Positions 55,453-64,000 of a stretch of 64,000 nt of DNA are shown here, in pieces. How positions within the stretch are numbered: the first letter of the stretch is position 1; every line of letters starts with the position of its first letter. Made by a program: the position numbers and the translations under genes. The stretch is from Paraspadella gotoi (Eukaryota; Animalia; Chaetognatha). The DNA lies in the NCBI GenBank assembly GCA_051294375.1, contig CM119266.1:15279859-15343858 (forward strand), given 5' to 3'. A model generated the notes under the pieces. It did not search any database, had not been told where the DNA came from, and saw only the letters and a list, made by a program, of their open reading frames with translations.

Positions 55453-56402
55453 GGGACAGAGAGAGAGAGAGACGAAAAGGTAACGAAACGAAAAGAGAAA
55501 CTCGACGCAAATATTCTACCTTCCCCTTTCGACTGCCGGTCATTATTTCCTTCAAACACGAGCCCTTACTGCACTGCCACCCTCCCCCCCCTAAAAAAAA
55601 CGCGAAAACTGAAACATTAATGGACTCGGGGAGGGGCTATTTATAGGAGTTCCTTCGCCCCTGGCAATGCTTCTCACCGAATAAATCTCACGGCGGCGAC
55701 TCTCTCTCGATCGTCCGTCTCGGGTGATTTGCTTGAACGTCTTCGGTGAGACGATTCATGCGAGGTGAGCGGAATGTGAGTAAATTACTTTGGATATCAG
55801 GGTTCTTTCAATCACCTGACGAGTCTGTGACCTTAAGAGTTGATAGCGCGGTTCGAAATCAAGTTTTGCTGATAAATTTGATTACTCTTTGTATAGTATA
55901 TGTATTGTATATATAGGATAGTGAATTGTCTTTGACTTTTTCTTTGTCTCAGACTCTCAGTGTCAACTATAACATCGACTATTTACGAACTTGAACAAAA
56001 TATCTTGTTCGGAAAATCAAATCAGACGAGATTTTGAGGAAAAAAAACAAAAAAAAAAACAAGGTCTCAAGTGAGTAAATGATGCGAAAGGGTGAGGAGG
56101 CTTCGACTCGTGAATTCGCGGCGACGACCGAAGGTGGAATGGAAAGGTGAGGTCGAGAAAGAAGCCCGAAAAAAATGCGTTTGCCTCTGATGAACTTTTT
56201 CTGCTCGCTGACACTTTCTTTTTAATCAAACATACTTATTCTTTTCAGAATTTTTTTAAAAATTAAATAATTAACGAAAATAATTAATTCGCTTTTCCCG
56301 ATTTCAGATTTACTTTTTACTCCGGCTTTAAAATACATTCCAAAGGATTAATTTTTACATAATTAAAAATAATAACTAAAACTGCTGTTTTAAAGAGTCG
56401 CC

Positions 56403-56593
56403 GTTCCCCGGGCAACGAAAAGAAAATAACGGCGGGCGATATATTCGCTTCGAACGACCACCTCCGCCGCGGGGTGTCTATTTAAAGAAACGCATTCGAA
56501 ATATAAGAAAAAGAGGAAGAAGAACGTGAAAAGAGGATTCAAACGAAAAGGGGGGGGGCGGATGAGGAGAAGGTATTTTCCAAGATGGCGGCG
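56403..56593 (+). promoter_or_regulatory. Putative core promoter (X-box-like, TATA-like, YY1 motif)
   Basis: gttccccgggcaac 56403-56416, tatttaaa ~56479, caagatggcggc 56581-56592. Confidence 0.35.
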
Positions 56594-57891
56594 CAAAGAG
56601 GAACATATTGTAGAAGAAAAACCGAAAATAGAGAGGGAGAAAGGAAAGAGAATAGAATGAGTTCCTCATTGATGAATGGTTTTTTGACGAAGGAGAGAAG
56701 GGGTGTCGGGCAAAAGGGTGTGTAACTGAACGAGGAAGCGCTAAGAAAGTTCCAAGAACAACATTAGATTTGTTGACATTTCATTCTTGTAGTCATCTTG
56801 ATTTATTAAAAATATTAACCAAATTTGTCGCTATATTTTCTTTACAATTTCACTTCGCCCTCACTAGATTTTGGAAAAGGAAAAAGGGCGAAAGGATGTA
56901 ATAGAAAGACGTGGGGTAAGAAGGTCCTCGGCGCGAAGTAAAAAAACAAAAAAAACTGACGGGCCCATTTGTAAAACGTCGTCTTTAGCGCTAACGATTC
57001 TTTGTTTCCCGTTTCGTCCTCGACTGTTTTACCTCGACGCCGTCGTTAGTTTTGTCGCCTTTTTGTCGGCTCCTTTGTCGTTTTCTTTTGTCATTTTTCA
57101 GCCAAAATTTGGTTAGACTTTGAGGTGTCGGTTGACAACTTATGATGTTCAATGATGTTCATTGTCGGATATTTTCGACACTCGTCATTGTTCCTGTTGT
57201 TCTTTTTATTTCCCTTTAAAATATTTTGCCGTCATCTTTTCATTTTTCGACATCGTCATCGCCGACATGTTGTCGCTATCTCCTATCCTATTTTGTCATC
57301 GTTTTTACCTCTTTTTACTTATATTGATCATTCTCATTGTTTTATGTTGTTGTTTCCGTTGTCGTTAATCTCGTTTGCCGTATCAGTAGCTTCGATTCTT
57401 TTTTTTTTTCTTAAGGACGAAGATAACATTCATGAGGCAACAACCGCTTTATTACGTCAACTCGAATTAATTAAGAAAAATATAAGAGCAGAAAAATAGA
57501 GCAAAGAAAAAAAAAAGAAGAGTCCGATAAAAAAAAAAATTAGTATCTGCATCGATGAAGGGGGACGAGACGTGATCGGAATACAGGACGAGAGAAAGAA
57601 AGGAAGAAAGAAAGGAGAAAAGGAAGAAATAAGAGGATGAAAGAAAGGAAAAGAGAAAGGAGCGAAATGACGAGGGGGCCCCGAAAGGCCCGAGAAATGA
57701 AGCCGTCGTTAATTAAATCCTCTCTCCTTTCCTTTTTTTTTTTTATCGCCGCGATAAACTAGGATGTCTTCGAAATTTCTTAGCCGATCGGGGGAAAAAC
57801 GGATGAACGACGCTGCCGAGGAAAGACGGTAATCGTGAAAAATTTCCCTGAACGAAGTTTGCCGTGTTAATTGACGGTCGACTCATTCTTA

Positions 57892-58215
57892 TGTAAGGTG
57901 GCTCAAGACAACAGAGGAGAATAATCTTTTGAGTAGATTTCCGTACGTCGAGCCAAGTGGGCTGAGGGTGGCTGCTTTAACCCTTTATCATCCCCCTAGA
58001 ACGGGTTCCGGGCTTGAAACTAGGCTTGGGGGGGGTCGATAAGCCCCCAAGGCAGTTTACGATCCTTCCCACCCTAGTGGTCATGAGCTGATGGCTTTAC
58101 TCAATGAGCCAGGACTGGAGAACAAAGTCTACCAGGAGCGGGAGGTGAACTTGGGCTTGGACTTGGGCATTGCCCATTTTCCCAATGGGCAATGCCCGCT
58201 ATAGATTACTTTACA
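57892..58215. mobile_element. Possible solo-LTR-like GC-rich element just downstream of Mx
   Basis: TGTAAGGT...ACTTTACA termini; perfect 14-bp hairpin gggcattgcccatt-ttccc-aatgggcaatgccc; no TSD found. Confidence 0.4.
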
Positions 58216-58447
58216 AAATGGTAACTCTTTATTTTACTTTTTTTTTTCATTGTACATTTTTTCGTCAGAGCATTTTTGTTACAGATCGACAAAGCGGGTT
58301 AGGTACTAAAACGTTTTCCCGGACATAAAACCAACTAACAATTATTAACATAAGATTACAAAAAATCATTTGAATTTGATTTTGCACCGTCTCATTAAAG
58401 TGATTTTGATCTAAAAACCGTGCAATTCAATTTCAACGGCTTTTTTC

Positions 58448-60054
58448 TTAAAGTACAATTTGAACGTCTTTGATGATTTGGCTACTCAGTAGCTTTTTGG
58501 CATCTTCCACACTCCTCAGCTTTTTCCTGAGTTTATCACGAATCGCTCCGACATCCGGGTCTTCTCCCATCACGTGAATGTCATCCGTAGACGCATTGGC
58601 AATGTGAGCGTTCATCTATAAGTATTTTGAAGTATAGAGGCTGAGGATTTTTAAAGTGAACGGAATTTTAAAGTGAACGCAATTCGGCACTAGGCATTGT
58701 TAAAAATTGTAAACTTTTTATCTTGAAAGTATTGCGGTATAATTACATTGTCGGTTATGCTCTTGCTGAGCTGCAGCAACATAATGTACTGAATTTTCAT
58801 AGGCGCAATTTCCATCATTCTCCGGGACGCAATCCTGATGAAATTGAACAAATGTCGGCCAAGAGAACTTGCACACCCGGATTGTACTGAATACCTAAAT
58901 AATCGTATGAGCATTTTCACCAAAATTTATAAAAATTTAAGTAGATAAAAATTATTAATTCACTGGATGGTGTGACTTCTACTTCTGGATTAATATGAAG
59001 TATTCTGGCCACGTGCTCCAATTCTTGTCTATAGATGTTGTCCTACAATTAGAAAATGGTTTACTATTATTAAAAAGCATCTAAATTAAAAATGTTTCTT
59101 TTAATTTGAAATATACCTGCTCAAAAATCATGTTTTCCATTTCCAAGTAATCAGTTAAGGTTTTGTGACACTCGCTTTTGGCTTCCTTACTTAGCCTGGA
59201 GATAATCTCTTTCGCAACGTTGGCGAGATAAGGCAGCTGGCTCAGGTAGTAGTCGGCCAACTTTTCTAGGTCCAGTTCGACTTGACGATATACCTTTGAA
59301 TACCAAAAATTAACATATAGTCAGAAAGGGAAAAAAAGTTTTTAAGAGAATTTACAATTGACAGCGACCTCTTCCAGACAATGAAAAATCGGAGGCTTGC
59401 ACCGAGCGAGGAATTGCTTGATCTTAGTTTCAACGACTGCGGGCTTTTCGTAAACGGGCAATTGCGCTCCACGACGCAAGATCATCTGCTGTCGGATATC
59501 CTCGAGCAATTCCTCGTCCAGGGTTCCGATCCTCACAGTGCTGGTCGAGGCCTCACTAGTGAGAGACGTCAGAGAATCCGACCGAGTGATTTTCCTTTCA
59601 AGTAGATGATAAAAGTTTAAAATTTTTTATCATTTCTAAAATTTGTGATTTATGATTTTAAAATATTTGATATATTTAATATATGATTTTAATTCCTAAA
59701 ATTTCCTAATTTAGGTAATACTATTTCTTTCCCTTACAGAGAAAAGGAATGGTTACATAACTGTGTCAGTATATCTAAAAATAAATACAAGCTTATTCCG
59801 GTAAAAATCATAATAAAAGTGCATAAAACAATATACTCACGATTTCTTATTATCAGATTTTCTGAAAAGGAACAAAAAAGAAAACGGATGAATAATATAT
59901 CAAAATTTATTAGAATTAATATTTATATACCTCCCGAAAATCTTCTTTTTGCGTATAGTCAAAGAATGGCTTTCTTCTTTAGTATTTGGTTGTTGTGAGG
60001 CCTGAGTAAAATAAAATAAAATAAATATAAATAAATAAATAAATATAGAAAAAT

Positions 60055-60125
<71 letters not shown>

Positions 60126-63100
60126 GTAAATAAAAAACAAGGTTGCCCCGAAATATTAAATCGTTCTAACAGGTAGTTAAATTTTCTTCAACCTCTGCGA
60201 CTTCCTCAGTAGTCTTGTCAGCGTAAAACACATCCGGTGTGTCTGGCCGCATTTCGTCAATGTCCCTCGCGAGTTGTTCGCAGATTTGACGGAAAGAGGC
60301 AAAGAGTTGAATATCAGCGAAGCCGCTGCCACCAGAGGCTCGAATTATAAGCACCACCCTGCAAAATTCCCTAACTCCTCATTCGCCCTGCCAATCAAGT
60401 ATACACAGAGGCTCGAATTATAAGCACCACCCTGCAAAATTCCCTAACTCCTCATTCGCCCTGCCAATCAAGTATACACAGAGCTCGAATTATAAGCACC
60501 ACCCTGCAAAATTCCCTAACTCCTCATTCGCCCTGCCATCAAGTATACACAGAGGCTCGAATTATAAGCACCACCCTGCAAAATTCCCTAACTCCTCATT
60601 CGCCCTGCCAATCAAGTATACACAGAGGCTCGAATTATAAGCACCACCCTGCAAAATTCCCTAACTCCTCATTCGCCCTGCCAATCAAGTATACACAGAG
60701 GCTCGAATTATAAGCACCACCCTGCAAAATTCCCTAAACTCCTCATTCGCCCTGCCAATCAAGTATACACAGAGGCTCGAATTATAAGCACCACCCTGCA
60801 AAATTCCCTAACTCCTCATTCGCCCCTGCCAATCAAGTATACACAGAGGCTCGAATTATAAGCACCACCCTGCAAAATTCCCCTACTTCCTCATTCGCCC
60901 TGCCAATCAAGTATATACCAGCGCGCTGGTAGCCCATTCCAAACCTTGTTTATCAAAGAAATCATTTATTTATTCTGCCTTTTATTTTACTATTCTGAGG
61001 TCATTATGTTTACCGAGACATTTGGCTCGTAGATTTTCATTAAACTTTCCGATATGAGCCAATAAGTAAGTCCTTAGCTCGTTGAGGTCTTCCGGAGGAC
61101 CCTCGCCCAACTCCTTGAGCTCGGTAGAAAACTTCATGGTGGCATGGTTCAACTTTGAGGACAAACGTAACAAAAATTAACTAGAGCCTGTAGTGACAAA
61201 CTGATGTGATTGTCGCGTAACATTTTCTTACTTACTTGACGTTGTAATTGTGGCAATTCTGATTTGATTCGAGACGTGAGAGCGAAAGCCAGATTCTTGA
61301 TGCCGCATTTCGACTTTTCGATTTTATTAAAGTGTGGGTGAGTTGTAAAAAAAGCTGCCTGAGTTTAAGTAGTAAAAATTAACTCAGAAAAATACAAAAA
61401 TAATTAGACTTCAAGATGTGACACCTCTTCGGCAACCGCTTTAGCGAGGGGAATGTTATCTATCAAGTCTTGTTGGGATCGAGCCTTGACGACTATCCAA
61501 GGGTCTTTGCCCTTAAGCCTTACCTAATTTATTAAACAAAAATTTAAATAAAATATCGAGATAAAATAAAATGTAATCCTATTAATCATTAAACTACCGA
61601 TGATTCATTGTTTGCTAATTTGATCATTGAACTTTCCTCGCCTCTGCCGACCAAATCAGGTTTTGTCACAACCCCGATTGTCCTTTCTCCTTGCGGATCG
61701 ACCTATAAGACAAGTCTTATAAATAATTAATATGCCTTAAAAATTTAGGCGAGAGTTTTTAAAAAATATTTGGATAGGCGTCACGTACATCTGTACATCG
61801 CAGAAACATTCGCATAAATTAAATTGTAGCTCGAATTTTTTACCTCTTTTGCGAATTTAATAGATTCATTAACAGCGACATCAACGTTTGCTGGGCAAAC
61901 AACAAGGATAATTGTGCTGCTCATTGAGATATATCTGGAGGCAGAGAGAGAGCAAGGGAGGGAAAAGGGGTGGGTGACTGAAAGAGGATTAAATAGAAAA
62001 AACCAGAATGGCAATTCCAATATGTTGCGCCGCAGTGACCTTCCTATCTATCTAATCACGAGTATATCCTGGTGATCATATAATTTTTTATATATAATAA
62101 ATGCTCTATGGTTGATCAGTTTTTTGTAAATTTTTAACTATAACAACCAAATATTATACAAGATATGCCACATAAGTGGGATAGACTGATAGAAAGACTG
62201 ACCGACCGACCGACCGACAAGTGTCTTCATGAGTTGCTCCACGTGTACTCACGGAGGAGCTAAAAAATAAATTTATTAAATGAATGGATAATTTTTATAT
62301 TGGTTGTACCAATTTCATAAATGCTTTTATTTGATATTGTTTTTATACTTTTTATTTGACTTTTTTGTTTTTTCAAATATGTCTGTAACTTGGTTTACTT
62401 TCCAATTAGGCGCTTGATTTTTTGTTCAATGTCTGGATCTTGATCCTCTCCTGCCACCCTCACAATACCGGGCAGATCCACGACGGTCAAATCCGGGACA
62501 TATTCAGAATGCACCTCCAGCCGAATTTCAGTCTTAGGTAGATTTAGTTTGATCCTTAGATATTAGCCTATCAACACCCAACAGTAAGGAACTTTCAACT
62601 TGCTTACCTCTGAAACAGCTTTTTCATTGCCTCCTGTTAAATCTGTCTGAACATCTAAAACCTGAAAAACAGTTGTCTCAGCCTTAGATTAAACAATTTG
62701 TACTATTAGTAGAAGCTCAGTTGTTTCACCTTAGATCCCACGTCTTCTGGTCTCATTATATCCAGGTGAATATCTTGATTCCCTTTATTATACGTAAGTT
62801 TGGCTTTCCAAGGTTTGGTGACGTCGTGTACCATTCTGTTAAATGTTCATAAATTAATAAGTTATTTTTTCGTTTTATTTCCCCCCGAGATTCGCATAAA
62901 TTCCTGAAATCTTTGCCAGCATCTCTAGTTCCGTTCACCTGAGCTGAAGCGGTGCCCGAGTAACGATGCCTGTCCCGCGGGGAAGGCTGACCCCGGAGAG
63001 CGCCTCGACAACGGAAGATTTTCCCGATGATTGATCGCCGACGATCGTGATTTTCGGGACGGAGATAAGGCTGCGATACAACAATATGTGTACGTTAAAT

Positions 63101-63481
63101 TAATTAATTACCAAAAAAAAATGGAGATTAATTAACCGTCTCACTACTACAGACTGACAAACTTTTCAAACAGACAGACAGACTTTTCTAACTTTTAGTA
63201 AAACCGTGCCAGAGATCAAGGTCAAAGCGAAGGCATTGAGCAAGTATAGATATTTAAAAAATTAAAACATATATATATATATATACTTATTTGAACTTAT
63301 TTGAAGAACTTACAAATATGAAAGTTCTTTAAAACATATTTAACTTGGTACAAGACTGAACATGGACATCTTGAAGGAAAACTTACTTTTCATCGTCGAA
63401 ACCGGCGCTACGTATCTCGTCCACAAGATCGAGAAGAGGACGGACCTGCTCTTTAAAAGCCGATGACAAGGCGGGATTCAT
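58448..63481 (-). CDS. Mx: Mx-like dynamin-family GTPase, ~18 exons
   Basis: [16 protein letters not shown]; G1 [16 protein letters not shown]; [13 protein letters not shown]; G3 DLPG; G4 TKPD; stalk RRGAQLPVY (equivalent of YRGRELPGF); C-terminal GED-like helix; no PH domain or PRD seen. One or two junctions in the 3' half are uncertain. Confidence 0.9.
60333..60918. repeat. Tandem minisatellite, 8 x 73 bp, overlapping an Mx intron-exon boundary
   Basis: Unit cagaggctcgaattataagcaccaccctgcaaaattccctaactcctcattcgccctgccaatcaagtataca; near-identical units, no spacers. Confidence 0.95.
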
Positions 63482-64000
63482 CGTCAAGGTTTCGCGATGG
63501 CATTAAAATTCTCGAACTAAAAAAAAAGGGAGAAAAGAGAAAATAGACGTAGGCGAAAGAAGTTAAAACGCCAAAAAATAAACACGAAAAAAAAGTAGAA
63601 TGTACATTAAAGAGTAGTCAAAATTATATACAATAGAAGAAAAAATATAGTATCTAAATAATAATGAACATTTTTATATAGTTAATATTTTTACATAAAT
63701 CTATGAGCTATAACAATGTATGAAGAAGAAAAAATAAATTATCGTCTGACACAAATAAATGTTCATATCGCAATAAAATATTTTAATTATATTATTTATT
63801 GCGTCCGTAGATGTTTTGGGCTGACTGTCGCCATTCATGATAGCGCTGAGTTAATGATAACCCTAGGTTAATCTTAACGGTATGTATTTTATTTATTAAT
63901 AAGACAAACCCTAATAACTATTTTTAAGGGTTACCCCGTAGGTTGACCCTAAACTACCCTAAAAAAATTATTAATATTAAAAATTGCAAAATTACTTATT

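Noticed and set aside
60333-60918. CRISPR-like array
   Set aside because: Units are contiguous and near-identical with no unique spacers; eukaryotic intronic context; no cas genes.

Overview
Eukaryotic (metazoan-like) genomic scaffold: AT-rich, many (GA)n/(GAAA)n microsatellites, short GT-AG introns and several N gaps. Most listed ORFs are microsatellite translations. By hand I reconstructed four spliced genes. (1) The 3' end of a ZFHX/zfh2-like C2H2 zinc-finger gene, present twice in a ~7.5 kb-arm inverted duplication (4760-23033) that looks like an assembly/gap-filling artefact. (2) An XK-related membrane protein (31290-34409, +). (3) A single-pass, Ser/Thr-rich membrane protein (37646-45943, -) with a cluster of RFX X-boxes upstream. 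(4) An Mx-like dynamin-family GTPase (58448-63481, -) with a microexon-encoded stalk insertion and an 8 x 73-bp array that duplicates an intron-exon boundary. Mobile DNA includes hAT-like non-autonomous elements with 8-bp TSDs and Penelope-type foldbacks carrying minimal hammerhead ribozyme motifs (one near intact). There is also a family of 190-255 bp TGTGGCG-initiated, hairpin-rich elements with 4-bp TSDs: conserved stems change sequence while keeping their pairing, and one relative carries a tRNA-like module. These structured elements, the hammerhead foldbacks and the Mx repeat are the most interesting signals. All family calls come from motif recognition, not database searches.
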